In this document: positions 12,921-27,268 of the stretch, piece by piece | Position numbering within the stretch: the stretch's first letter is position 1 | How the letters are laid out: each line of letters begins with the position of its first letter | Assembly (NCBI GenBank): GCA_964016885.1 | Contig: OZ024741.1 | Location: 139,500,001-139,564,000 of the forward strand | Direction: 5' to 3' | Origin: Eledone cirrhosa | Lineage: Eukaryota | DNA: 64,000 nt | Program-made: the position numbers and the translations under genes | The notes under the pieces: generated by a model | What the model was told of the DNA's origin: nothing | Database searches by the model: none | The model's input: only the letters and a program-made list of their open reading frames with translations

Positions 12921-13109
12921 TAATTGTTTCTACTTTAGGCACAAGGCCAGACATTACCCATTGCATTACTGGTACTTTATTTTATCGACCCCGTAAGGAT
13001 GAAAGGCAAAGTCAACCTCGGCAGGATTTGAACTCGGATCATAAAGGGACGTAACTATGCTGGAAAGCATGGCGTCTGACCCTCTACTGATACTGCCAAT
13101 TCACCGTCC
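12921..13109 (-). mobile_element. tRNA-derived SINE family 1 (Deu/Nin-like central domain)
   Basis: Reverse strand shows A-box-like TGGC, B-box GTTCAAATCC, core TTTGCCTTTCATCC..GGGGTCGATAAAATAAAGTACCAG and tail GTAGAAACAATT. Confidence 0.8.
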
Positions 13110-13157
13110 AATGATGAAAGAAAATAAAAACAATAATAATTGATTCTACGTTTGACA

Positions 13158-13720
<563 letters not shown>

Positions 13721-13864
13721 AAGAATCAAAATTAAATGTAATTCAAAGTTTGGTCAGAAATTCGCAGCAAAATTAACATGCATATACATTTTTAAGCTGC
13801 GAATATATGGAATGTTTAAATAAACATTCATTTTTACTCATTTGCAATATATATAGATACTTTC

Positions 13865-13907
<43 letters not shown>

Positions 13908-13909
<2 letters not shown>

Positions 13910-14326
13910 GATATTAGTTAAATGGAAACTATATTTATAAAACCATATTTATTTCGTTATATATATTTCAGGGATATCATATAAAAATATGGTATGCCTT
14001 CCTCAGACAAAATACAATACATAAGCTGTTTTATAAATAATTTTTGACATACCTTATAAATAATGCAACTTCCATTTAAAAAATAATGCAACTTCCATTT
14101 AAAATATTATTTATAAAACAGCTTATGTATTGTATTTTGTCTGAGGAAGGCATACCATATTTTTAATATGATATCCCTGAAATATATATAACGAAATAAA
14201 TATGGTTTTATAAATCTAGTTTCCATTTGTTTAATATCGTAAACCTACTCCAGAAACTGTTGAGTGCTTTTATATGAGTTATAAAATATTTACTCGTTGT
14301 AACCCAACAATCTTAAATAAAACTTT

Positions 14327-14328
<2 letters not shown>
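13908..14328 (+). mobile_element. Asymmetric fold-back PLE terminus with HHR-like motif
   Basis: Inverted arms 13908-14044 and 14101-14240 plus a 3' tail; CTGAGGA at 14141, stem II, GAAA at 14179; same family as 36330-36477 and 62312-62460. Confidence 0.75.
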
Positions 14329-14360
<32 letters not shown>

Positions 14361-14371
14361 GGGGCCTGTGG

Positions 14372-14442
<71 letters not shown>

Positions 14443-14968
14443 TGTGTGTGTGTGTATGTGTGTGTGTGTGTGTGTATGTGTGTGTGTGCGTGTGCATCTA
14501 AAATCAAGTATATGCAATTCAATTTCAATTTAATTCATTGTAAAATTCTAAGTATGCCAGATGTTACACATCAGATTAAGACAATAACATCATCAAATCC
14601 ACCTATTACACGAATCTCTACAAATTATATTATACCTGACCTATATTTATGAAAGATACATCTATTTAATGAAAACAGTTTGGAAATGCTAACTTGGCAA
14701 AATTTATATTTTCAATTAATAATATAATCGGTTTTCTCTAATTCACGTATTATATTCTGTATTCTCTACCAAATCTCAGCGCATAATCTTTAGCCACTTT
14801 CCTATATATTTGGCCAGGTCAAATTCGAATGGAATATTTTTAAAATGAACCGAATGAGGTCGAGCAACCAAAGATAAGGTAGTTCTCACGCTTGGTGTAT
14901 TCCCGTCATTGGACCAATCTGATCATGTATATTTTTAATGCAGTAACATGTCGTTGTGTAATAATAGA

Positions 14969-15160
14969 AGCGGTGGATTGGCTGAATCTGTAGTGCGTCA
15001 GACACCATGCTTTGCAGCATAGAGTTATGACCCTTTACGTTCTGAGTTCAAATCTAACCGAGGTTAACTTTGCCTTTCATCCTCTCGAGGTCAATAAAAT
15101 AAAGCACCAGTAATGCAGTGGGATAATTGCTGGTCTTGTGCCAAATGTCGAAACAATTAT
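14969..15160 (+). mobile_element. SINE family 1
   Basis: Same tRNA-like head, core and GAAACAATT tail. Confidence 0.8.
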
Positions 15161-15366
15161 GTAATAATACAAGCCTTGTAATCAATCAGGTGCTGAAACG
15201 TAAACAGGGTTTTGCTTATAGTTTTTTATAATGTCCACACGCAGACACACACATACACATATACATATGTTTTGTGTACCAGTGGATCTCCTTATATCTG
15301 TGTGTGATTGCCTACATACATACGCACACACACACACACACATATATATATATACAAATATATATT

Positions 15367-15838
15367 TGCGTGCTATTGTTCTCCACGCTCCACATATGAC
15401 GTATTATCTTCGTTTTTTTCGTTCATTGCCAGAGAACGTCTCTATGCGCCACCTAAGAGAACATTAGTCTACGATCTCTTTTATACCATAAACGTGGTTC
15501 TGTCTTTGCGCGTAATTGTTTTTCACCGCTCCTATTAATGACGTATTATATTCGTTTTTTCCCGTTCTTAGCCAGCGAACGTTACCACGAACCAAAGTAT
15601 CGTCTTCCTGTCTTCCTCCGGTTGCAACATTTTTTAAAATATCCAGTTCTGCGTTTACAGATTGACTTTGTTAGTTTCAGAAGATCCCGTTAAGGGTGAA
15701 AGCAGCGATTCTTTGCTTAAACTTTAATCTGTTATTTTAATAAATATTTGCTCTACGGTTCTTATATATTTGATATATATTTATCCTTATCGACCCCTCT
15801 TTGGTTTTTAGTCTTCAAATTTATTATTATTATTACTA
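15367..15838 (+). mobile_element. Solo Penelope-like pLTR with internal ~140-bp-period repeat and HHR-like motif
   Basis: Highly similar to 60940-61405 and 57657-57975. Confidence 0.8.
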
Positions 15839-16609
15839 TATATATTATATGTCTATTTCTGTTTGTGTATCTGTAGATAGATGTTCACATCTACGCACAT
15901 ACTATCAGTGACCTATTACGGTTTATAGCTGCGTCCCACCGTTATACTAATATTGCTATAAACCCGTTCTGCCCTATGCTCATATCACATTTTTTCAACA
16001 CGTCCCCAGTATCTACATTCTTTTCTATCTTTTGTTTCTCCTACCAGATTTCTAACTCCAATCAAAATTCACCAGCCTTGACTACAGAAAATAATATATA
16101 ATGTAAAAAGCATTATTCCCCTGCCAATGAATTCATTTGTGGCCTGTGTATGTGATTATGCGAAATATTGATTATATCAGTTCTAAAATCTCATAGGATG
16201 GAAGATCACGAGGCCACGTAGGTATACATTAAAAAGTATATTTTAAAAAGTATGCGTACAGATTTACATACATATATATAAATATATTAATGTTTTTCTT
16301 TTTTGAAACTCTGCTTCGAAAAATCGAGAACTATCTGTTCGTCAGAGAAACGATTGTAATATGTCTAACAAATTTTAATTCGTTGCACCACTGATTCTCC
16401 GTTTCTTATGTGATAATATACTCTGCTCTGTAAGAGCATCGAGTTCTCAAACGGCCTACTGCTTACGGACGCTTTAAGCATCCCGCACCAATTATATATA
16501 CATATATATATATATCCATACACTCACACACACGCATGTACACATACACTCTCACACATACACACGCACGCACACACACACACACACACACATACACACA
16601 CACACACAT

Positions 16610-16654
<45 letters not shown>

Positions 16655-16769
16655 CAAACCCATGATACTTCAAATCACTTTGATTAACGTCCACACACGT
16701 TTCAATTTTAATGTTAACAGGTAAAACTAGAAAATCATCATTACCTTTATTATTATTTTTACGATAACA

Positions 16770-16960
16770 GGGCGGTGGATTGGCAATATCGGTAGAGGGT
16801 CGGACGCCATGGTTTCCAGCATAGTTACGCCCCTTTACGATCTGAGTTCAAAACCCGCCGAGGTTCACTTTGCTTTTCATCCTTACGGGGTTGATAAAAT
16901 AAAGTACCAGTAATGCACTGGGTATTGCTGGCCTTGTGCCTAAAGTAGAAACAATTATTA
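16770..16960 (+). mobile_element. SINE family 1
   Basis: Full head, core and tail. Confidence 0.8.
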
Positions 16961-16994
16961 TCTTTACGATAACAAAAACTAATACTACTATTAA

Positions 16995-17435
16995 AACTGC
17001 TAATAGTTGTTTCTACTTGAGGCAGAAGGCCAGCAATTTGAAGGAGAGAGGAAGTCTTTTAAATAAACCCCAGTATTCACTGGTGCTTTATTTTATCGAA
17101 CTCATAATTGATGAAATACAAAGATAACTTCGGTGGGATTGAACTCAAAACGTAAAGAGCCTTAACTTTTTGCCACGAAGAATGGTGTTTGATGCTCTAT
17201 CGATAATGCCAATCCATCACCCTAATAACGGTAATAATATAATGGTTTCTTATATAGGCAATTATTGGGGGAGGGGAAAGTCGATTAAATCGACTCCAGT
17301 GTGTGACTGGTACTTTATTTTATCGACCCCGTAAGAGTGAAAGGCAAAGTTAACCTCGGCGGGATTAGAACTCACATCATAAAATGCCGTAACTCTACGC
17401 TGCAAAGCATCGCTTCTGACCCTCTACTGCCAATC
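16995..17435 (-). mobile_element. Two diverged SINE family 1 copies (~16995-17225, ~17243-17435)
   Basis: Reverse-complement core TACTTTATTTTATCGACCCC..GAAAGGCAAAGT. Confidence 0.7.
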
Positions 17436-17439
17436 CAGC

Positions 17440-17950
17440 GAGGATGGCATCCCTCTCATCTTCAAATCAACGAGCTTACAGGTAGGTCGAAACACACTTG
17501 CAATATTCACCCACATTTAACATATAAACTGGGAGCAGCGCTTCTCCATCCACCCTCACCTTCCTTTCCAAGTGGAACTTGAGAACGTTGATGAGGGTTT
17601 CACTGAAGACAAATGTGTCTGTCGTCAGTCATTTCAGCTTCGACCACCACACAACCGCTTTCGCTACAGCCACCTGAGGAAAACTACATACCTTCCACGC
17701 CAAACGAAGACGGGGGCGGGGGTTTTGTACTTGGTCAATAGCGGGATCTTTCAAACATGAGATAACAGTTGTTTGATATACCTCCACGTGTAAGAGTTGC
17801 GCAGAGACGAGACGAGTGCCTGCAGATCGCTTTCGTTGTTCTTCGCGATATATTGCACATTTCCGTCTGACCGAACTTGTTTGCCTGTAGATTTTATCTC
17901 GAATTGGCAGTGCCCGCCGGTATCACTAGAAAGCGAGGTATACGTTCAGA
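17440..17950 (-). mobile_element. Old Tx1-like ORF2 3' fragment
   Basis: The - strand reads ..VAVAKAVVWW..LKFHLERKVRVDGEAL..MWVNIASV, matching the C-terminus seen at 4811-5154. Confidence 0.6.
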
Positions 17951-18586
17951 GAAAATAAATAATAATAATAACAACAATAACCTTGTCTAAAGCATTTGAA
18001 ATCAAGCGATATTCTGAATGGGATTTCTGCTACATTTGCAAGGTAGAAAATGTAGCAGTAAATAGGTAAAAATACGTTTTATATATATTTACATTGTTAA
18101 TTATTTTAATATTTCTCGGCTCAATGACACCAAATCATAAAATTCGCCATGATAAATTATCATACACCCCTGGTAGATTTAGTACCAAACAGGATTAGTG
18201 GAATTATCAGGAAATTACAATGAAATGCAGTTAGTTGCAAGGCAATAACAACAAAGGCTCTGGAACTAATTGATGGGAGGAGGCTAGTAGACATTGTTGA
18301 TATAATATTTCATTAATAATTAATGTCACTCAACGTAGAAGTAATTTACAGGTACGCATCTATATACCTACCTTGTCCAAGATGTTAGTCATTTCAAATA
18401 AATAAAATATTCACTCAGCGTATGATAACGATACACTTCTGAATGTCCTTAACATTGCAAATGAATAATCGTATAAATTAATTAAATATAATTTAATGCT
18501 GACGTTAGAGTTATGCGTTATTTATTTGACCCGACATGATATTTGTGAATCTAAGATTACAACAATGTATTTAACATAGTATATCC

Positions 18587-18712
<126 letters not shown>

Positions 18713-18719
18713 CGTGTGT

Positions 18720-18904
18720 AGATTGGCAGTATCCTTAGAGGGTCTGACCCCATGCGTTGCAGCAAATAGTTACGGCCCTTTATGATCTGAATTCAAATCC
18801 CGCCGAGGTTAACGTTGCCTTTCATCCTTATAGGGTCGATAAAATAAAGTACCAGTAATACACTCGGATAATTTTTGGCCTTTTGCCAAAAGTAGAAACA
18901 ATTA
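18720..18904 (+). mobile_element. SINE family 1
   Basis: Core and tail match. Confidence 0.8.
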
Positions 18905-20577
18905 TATATACATATAAAGAGGGGGGAGAAGAAAGCTTGTGTGTGTATCGTATGCAAAATCCCTTTAGGGTAGATCCTAGAAAAGCATTCAACGGAACAC
19001 TTCACATGAATCTTCTATTAGGGATATATTTGCAATCAATCACGCTAAATGTAGGAAGCCTGACAGAGATTTTGTATAAGTTACTCTCTATATATATTTG
19101 CTTCTCTGAAGGAGGTCTTTTTAACCTCTCCTTTCATTGAGATGCTTTGTGTATTTGTGACAATTTTAACTATGTATACAATATTGTTATAGTAACATCA
19201 TTTTCAACACAGTTGCCCTCGGGTTGCCTTCAGGTTTCAAAGCCTACTATTTGCTATAGTAGGCTTTGAAACATTACATTTATATTAATATACATGAGAT
19301 ATGTACTCAATATCAAGCGCTTTCGTTTCCTGTGTCTAGTCTACGAAGAATCCTGACACTACACACACACATAGTCATATAAGTGGCTTACCAGTGCCCA
19401 TCACTTATTCTAATACAATCAATATATCTGCTAAGCTTATCTATAAGAGTTACCTTTTTCATTTATGTATATTTCACAAAATATTTTCCGTCTAAACTTT
19501 GATGCAAATTAAGACACCAGACCGTTTGTCTCTCATATTCTTTTCTTTTTTTTTTCCTTTGAGTTTCATTTCCAAAAACTGTGCTTCACATCTTATTAAT
19601 GTTTAATGCGATAGAATATTGGCAAGTCAGTATGGTATGCAAAGACACAAGAGAACACTCCCGCCTTTACACATCTCTCTATTGTTGCTTAACAATGCAA
19701 AACATATATCATATATAGACCAAAGATTAGTCAGTGGTACGTGGTAGACGGTAACCGTAAAGACGTTAGCTGAAACGACGTCAAAACTATATATACATAT
19801 GTGTGTGTGTTTGTGTGTATGTGTGTGTGTGGGGGGGGTATGTGTGTGTGTGTGTGTGTGTGTAGAATGAGAGAGTGGGAGATAGCTAAATAATTAATAT
19901 ATCTTCTATTATTGCGGATGAATGAAGCTTATTGGAAAAAACGGTAAATATTTCGTGACTCGTAATCTATTTATCGAAATCACGAGTAAGGAAGGCACAA
20001 TTAGACTGTGTAACATTTGAAATCAGAGCAAGGGTGCTGGTGAAAATACCGACGCATTTATTCCAACACCTTCATATCCATGTCAACGTATGTGCATTAA
20101 AACTCAGTCCGCAGGTAGAATATCAAAATCCAGTTAGCAAGGACCGGCAAGTAGATTCACTGAACATAACACAGTGTATGACAAGAGTGGTTATTACAAA
20201 ATAAATGTCTACCATCACCCCGTGACCTTCAGAAATGTGAAAATACCCAACCAGGAAGATGCCGATAAGACTCCATGAAACGTATGCTGCCCATGATCTG
20301 GAATTTTGAAGATTAAGCACATAGCTATAATATACAATTTATACCCAATAAGGTTAATTTCTCTCCTTCGTGAATAATGATATTCCACCTTCCAGAAATG
20401 CTAGAATAATTAGCCACACAAATACTAGGGGTTGGAGTTGTCTTCTTTCCACTTCCTATTAATATAAGGCACCAAGGATATTTTTTTGAATTTAGTTTAG
20501 ACGCACGAAATTCTATTTTACAAGTAAAAGAAGTTTTTTTTTATGTTAGCACTTAAAGCACTCTTTTTAAGCACACA

Positions 20578-20660
20578 CACTCGCAGGCCACGTACACGGA
20601 TACACATGCACCCAATATATTTTAGCGTTTTCAAAATGTTAAGTAATGTGTTGCTGATGG

Positions 20661-20706
<46 letters not shown>

Positions 20707-21178
20707 GTATGCGTGAGTGTGTGTGTGTGTGTGTGTACACGTAAAGTGACGTCAGATAATTACCAGAATGTTGCCGTGCCTGTCTAAATTAATACATTCT
20801 ATAATATATCACTGACTTCCTTCTGCTTTGTCTTTTAAATATCGTTCTCTTATTAATAGCATTGTGGTATACTATGTAGAATATTTATTATAGACAGGGG
20901 CACGACGGATGAAAGCGAATGTTGTTGACACCTCATCTTCTCCTCACACTGCTTCATAGATTTTATATAAATATCTACAAATGGATATATAGATAAACAT
21001 CTCTCTTTTTCTCTCCCTCCTCTCTCCGCTTTCTCTCCCCCCTCTCTCTCCCTCCTCTCTCCGCTTTCTCTCCCCCCTCTCTCTCTCTCTCTCGCCGTAT
21101 ATATATATTATTGTTAATATTATTATTATTATTATTATTGCTGGTCTTGTGCCAAAATTAGAAACAATTATTATTATT
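20578..21178. repeat. Direct repeat copy 1 (copy 2 at 23866-24420) flanking an R4 LINE
   Basis: Near-identical apart from microsatellite lengths and a few substitutions. Confidence 0.9.
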
Positions 21179-21187
21179 GTTGTTATT

Positions 21188-23865
21188 CCTTGAATCTCAG
21201 TCATTGATGTTGGTTAACTGGAAAGTCCGTTGGAATGAATATAAAGCCACTACCTGCAGCCTCAGATGTTCAGGACGTATCGGAGGGTTCTTGCTGTTCC
21301 AAGCAAGCATGCCTTTTGAAGCGTTCCAAAAAGCGTGAAGGGGCCGATTTTCTTTAACCATCCCTGGAAACTTTTGGAGATAGTCCCCAGTGCGCCTATG
21401 ACAATCGGGATCACTTTGACTTCATGGCAGTTCCAAATCCTTTTCACCTCCCACTTTAGGTCCTGGTATCGGTTAATTTTCTCCCTCTCCTTCTCTTGCA
21501 CTCTCGTGTCGAAAGGGCAGGCCACATCCACAATCAGACACGATCGTTTTTCTTTGTCCACAACCACCAGGTCAGGTCTATTGTGTTCCAGTTTTTTGTC
21601 CGTCTGTATCTTAAAATCCCACAGCACCTTCACCTGATTGTTCTCCATCACCGCCTCTGGCCTATGCTCATACCATTTCTCAGAATGTGGTAAATTGTTT
21701 ACTTTGCACAGGTGCCAGTGGATCACCCTGCCCATCACATCGTGTCTCCAGCCCTTATAGTGGGTCTGGGCTAGGTGTTTACACTCGGACACAATGTGAG
21801 CCACAGTCTCCTCTCTCTCTCCACAGATCCTGCACAGTGGCTAGCCTCCTCCTTGTAAATATGGTGCTTCAACCACTTCGTTTTGAGAGCCTGCTCCTGC
21901 GCAGCCATTAGCATTCCTTCTGTAGGCTTTTTGAGGTCTCCTCTTCTAAACCAGTTCCATGTCTGTGGATCTCTAAATTCAGTTTTCTCAAGGAAGGTAC
22001 TATGAAGGGATTTTCCCTTAAGGCTGCTCTTCCTCCTTGATGTTATTTCCTCCTTGGACATCCCATGGCCTACTGTCCCCTCCTTCAGTACAGTTCTGAG
22101 CATTGGCTCCTTACTATAGGTCACGTATTTGTATAGGTTGTTTTTCTCCATCTGAACACAGTCCTCTATGCTGATAAGACCTCTTCCACCTTCAGATCTC
22201 CTTAGGTAGAGTCTATCGACATCACTCCTCTTGTGGAACATGTTGTAGATAGTCAATAGCTTCCTAGTCTTCCTATCCATTTCTTTTTGTTCAGCAACAT
22301 TCCATCTCAGAATTCCCGCACTGTACCTAATAATAGACACAGCTCGGGAATTTACTGCACTTATGGCATTTCTTCTGTTCAGATGTGACTTCAATACGCT
22401 CCTTACTCTCCGAATGTATTCAGTTCTTAACAATTCCTTCATTTTTTTATTCTTTATGCCATCAGCCTCCAGAACGCCCAAATACTTGTATCCTTGCTCA
22501 GAGTCAATTTCCTTTATCATCTCACCTGTTGGTATCTGGATCCCGTTACTTCTGCTCAACCTACTCCTCCTCATCACAATGACTCCACATTTACTAATAC
22601 CAAACTGCATACATATATCACTGCTGAAAATACGGACAGTGTCAACAAGCACATCCAACTCCTTCTCACTTTTCCCGAAGTGCTTAAGATCGTCCATGAA
22701 GAGGAGGTGATTGATGGTAAGCTCTCCCTTTCTCAACTTGTATCCTGCTCTCACTTTTCGCAGCATAATGGTCAAGGGCATCAGGGCAAGGACAAACAAC
22801 AGAGGGGACAGACTATCTCCCTGGAAGATACCTCTCTTGATCTTCACGCTTCCCAAGGATACTCCAGTTGATGTCAACTCTGTCTCCCAGGACCCCATAC
22901 TCCTGCCCAGCAACTGTCTGATGTTATCTGCCACCCTGAAGATCTCCAGGCTTTTGGTGATCCAAGAATGAGGCACCATGTCAAATGCCTTTCTGTAGTC
23001 TATCCCTCCCATGGCAAGATCAGTGTGTCTCCTCCTGCAATTCCCCATTACCATCTTATCAATAAGTAACTGGTCCTTTGTACCACGTGACTTCTTTCGG
23101 CATCCTTTCTGTTCGTCCGGTAACAAGTTGTTTGTGTGGAGGTGATGGTAGATTTCCTCAGACACAATGCTCGTCAACAGTTTCCACATTACGGACAGAC
23201 ATGTGATAGGTCTATAGTTGGTAACATCATTACCCTTGATTCGGTCTTTCATTATCAGAACTGTGGTACCTTTTGTCAACCACTCTGGCACCTCACCCGA
23301 CACCAAGCAGTCATTGAACATGGCCGTCAGCTTCGGGTGGAGGGATGTTAAATTTTTAATCCAATACCCCTGCACACCATCTGGGCCTGGTGATTTCCAG
23401 TTGGTTAGTTTTTTGGCCTGCCCCTTAAGAGTTTCAACTGTGATACTCAAATCAATTTGTTGGTGTGCCTGCTCACCGATCTCCCTCTGTACTGTTTAAA
23501 TCCACCCTGCCTGGACATTATGTCTAACATCCTGCTCCCATATTCCTCTCCATATGTTTTAGTTCGCTCCGCCCCAGGGATCAAGTCGTTGCCTCTTTCT
23601 TTCCCCTCAAGCTGTCCAAACAGCATCTTCTGGTTGTTGTCGAACATGCGGTTCTGTTTATACTGACTGACTCTGTTCTCGTATCGCCTGATTTTTGCAC
23701 TCTTTGCTACAATGCGTTGCTTCAGTTCCTCTATGATAATATTTAGCTTTTTCCTCCTAGTTTTGTACTTTATTTCCAGTCTATTTTTAGTGCCTATGTT
23801 TTTTAGTGTCCCATTCAGTAGTGACTCAAGCTTTCCTATGTCATTTCTCATTTCCCCGATTTGAC
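21188..23865 (-). mobile_element. R4/Dong-clade LINE, subfamily C, 5'-truncated and frameshifted
   Basis: WKSPGPD, YRPITCL, GIFQGDSLSPLLF, HLLFMDDLK, RHD, NRPD, RYQDL in ORFs 21771-23450, 21262-21804 and 23447-23899; (AAT)n tail at ~21167-21187. Confidence 0.92.
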
Positions 23866-23948
23866 CACTCGCAGGCCACGTACACGGATACACATGCACC
23901 CAATATATTTTAGCGTTTTCAAAATGTTAAGTAATGTGTTGCTGATGG

Positions 23949-23997
<49 letters not shown>

Positions 23998-24411
23998 TGA
24001 GTGTGTGTGTGTGTACACGTAAAGTGACGTCAGATAATTACCAGAATGTTGCCGTGCCTGTCTAAATTAATACATTCTATAATATATCACTGACTTCCTT
24101 CTGCTTTGTCTTTTAAATATCGTTCTCTTATTAATAGCATTGTGGTATACTATGTAGAATATTTATTATAGACAGGGGCTCGACGGATGAAAGCGAATGT
24201 TGTTGACACCTCATCTTCTCCTCACACTGCTTCATAGATTTTATATAAATATCTACAAATGGATATATAGATAAACATATCTCTTTTTCTCTCCCTCCTC
24301 TCCCCGCTTTCTCCCCCCCCTCTCTCTCTCTCTCTCTCGCCGTATATATATATTATTGTTAATATTATTATTATTATTATTATTGCTGGTCTTGTGCCAA
24401 AAGTAGAAACA

Positions 24412-24420
<9 letters not shown>
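23866..24420. repeat. Direct repeat copy 2
   Basis: See 20578-21178. Confidence 0.9.
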
Positions 24421-24443
<23 letters not shown>

Positions 24444-24665
24444 GTGCGTATGCTATATTATATAGAATTACATTATGCATAGTATATATATATATATTTA
24501 GGCTATTTTGGGGTGGAATGAGGCTATTATTGCGTATTCTGTAAAATACAGTTTATCGATTTAAGTAAATGCAATAAGAGTTCGTTTTGAACTCTAATGG
24601 TGCGAAAGCGATAGAGACATCAACATTCACTCACATTGACACATATACAGACACACACACACACA

Positions 24666-24702
<37 letters not shown>

Positions 24703-24709
24703 GCACGCA

Positions 24710-24762
<53 letters not shown>

Positions 24763-24847
24763 TTATATGATTATTTACATACATAAGTATAGACAGGTGG
24801 ATAGGCACTTAGACATATATACAGATACAGAGAAATTCAGACATTCA

Positions 24848-24911
<64 letters not shown>

Positions 24912-25084
24912 GGTAGGGGTGATGAACACCGCCAGGCTTGCAATACCCAAGACACGCTGTGATTTAATAGAGCGCCCTATCTTTACATCAGATATGCAAA
25001 GTGTGAGAGGTATTGACAATACATGTGTGCGTATTTGTAACGGACGATTACGGTGAGAAAGAGAGAGTGATAGAGTGAGTGTGC

Positions 25085-25147
<63 letters not shown>

Positions 25148-26319
25148 GCAAATACAGAGAGTGTTAGAAAAAAAACAAAGAGGAAGAAATAGATATTTGA
25201 ATAAGAAGGAAGGTTAACGAGTTAAGCACTTATCTATGAAGAGAGAAGAAACATTGAATGCAGGGTAGTGTTTAAAGTTTTGGCGCCACTATTATTTCTT
25301 TTAGCCATTTTATGTCAGACGTAATCAATTCATGATAGTTCTACATAGATGTTACATCGGCTGCAACCGAATGGAAACTAAGACGTTATTGCTATTGAGA
25401 TTACTATAATGTTGTTATTTACCACCCATACACAAGCATACACACACACAGATAACATTCCTTACAACATACTCTAGATGTAAAATGGAGAAGATATGTG
25501 AAATTTATAGAGTGCAATGTATAGCTGCTAACTTATTTTTGACCTTAAACAAGATCTGAACCTGTCTATTATTACATGGTTCATTGGGAGAATCCGTACA
25601 TCGCCTACCAAAATCTGTTATGATATTTGTCCAGCTATTTTGCGAGTTTGAATTACATGGGTTTAGCAAACTAAAGTACCAATCGATTACTCGGGTCCGT
25701 ATAATAGAATAACAACCTGTACTAATGACCTGAAATCATGCCTAGATAGGAAGAATTATTATACATTCTTTTCGAAGTAGTATTACGTCATTATTGTTTC
25801 AACCTCATACCAGGAAACTGCTGCATGCAACCAACTAGTGCAGAAGATACAGTACAAGACATTGACTGACAGCTTTAATTTGGTGTTGCTGACGATTCCG
25901 GTCTTTGAAAGTTATGGAATTATCAAGAGAAAAGTGTCCCCCGGGAAGGATCACTATGATGTGGTACTGGTGGTTGTTTGACGTGCCACTACTTCAAAAT
26001 AGTTTTCCCGGAGAGCAAAAGTAAATTATACCGTTAATCCAGCACTGCATCCCACATTTAATATTTTCGGTAGTATCAGCTTAGTTAACTACAAGTATAT
26101 ATCGAAGTTTATTGTCTGGAAAATATATAATTATATAATTATTAACGACAAACAGAGCAAATAAGTCTTGCCATCTGTCATTGTAAATTGAAATCGTATT
26201 CGTGACAGTATACATTATATATAGAGATTTCTATTCTCTCATCACATCGAAGGCGTCATCAGGAGCATGTGGTGATACTCTGGTATCACCTTTACATAAT
26301 CGTAATTCAATGGTTAGAC

Positions 26320-26500
26320 TTTGTGGTTAGTGGGCATGGTTTATGATCATAAGACTGAGATTTGGATATCTGAGTTGGGGGGCGTTCTGTACTTGAGCCA
26401 GGAAATTTATTTCACGTTGCTCTAGTATACTTAACCAGAAAATGAGAAGGGACGATGGCACTGGTGTGCCAAGCGTTTGACTTTCCAGTGGAGAGCATCG
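26320..26500 (+). mobile_element. Degenerate SINE family 2
   Basis: TGGTTAGTG head and CTTGAGC..TTTATTTCACGTTGCTC core, like 61788 and 48950. Confidence 0.5.
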
Positions 26501-26571
26501 GATATAGTGTAAATATTGTATAAACTGTGTGTATATAATGTGTATATCTATACATATATATAATACTGAAG

Positions 26572-26606
<35 letters not shown>

Positions 26607-27268
26607 ATAAATTTGGAAAGTCTACGCAAATCCACATTTCTACACCGATTAACTTCAGACTTGCATTTATATATTCCTTGCGGTCTAAAGATATTAACTG
26701 CAGTCTTTATTTTTCAATTTTCTGTTTTTAAAGGCGGTTTTTCACTAAAACTTTCAGCCCTTTTTGTCAGTTCGGCAATTTTGTCTATAATTTTCAAGAG
26801 AGACAACTCTTTAGTATTTTGAAAGAGTTATATTCTTTATAGACTATATTGTTGAAATTGTTGATGGTGACACCAATAGTAACTCCGAAGTGTTCGGCAT
26901 CTGATATAACAGTTCGGTCTATATCAGATTGGGGAGACTTTTTGTAACCTTAAACGTATCCAACTCAATTCCTTCCTGCTCACCACCACTGCAGTACTAC
27001 ATACTTACTGCTCTGTAACTTTCATTGTACCATAGCACAACAAATACATGTTCGGTTTGTCGAATGGCTTTTTACTTAACCCTTTCGTCTTGGATTTCGT
27101 GGGTTGAACATGTTACTCTCAGGCACCCAATTAAGTTAAACCTCTGGTAATCTACGACGAATTTATTTTATAAGCACAGAATGTAGACACCATACCCAGG
27201 CCGAAGTATTCCGTACTCTGTGTACTGTTTCAGATAGGAAGGATAAACATACCAATCTATTCTTAGAA

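Noticed and set aside
19234-19272. 17-bp perfect hairpin resembling a terminator or HHR stem
   Set aside because: Eukaryotic context, no CUGANGA core and a single copy; at most a small fold-back.
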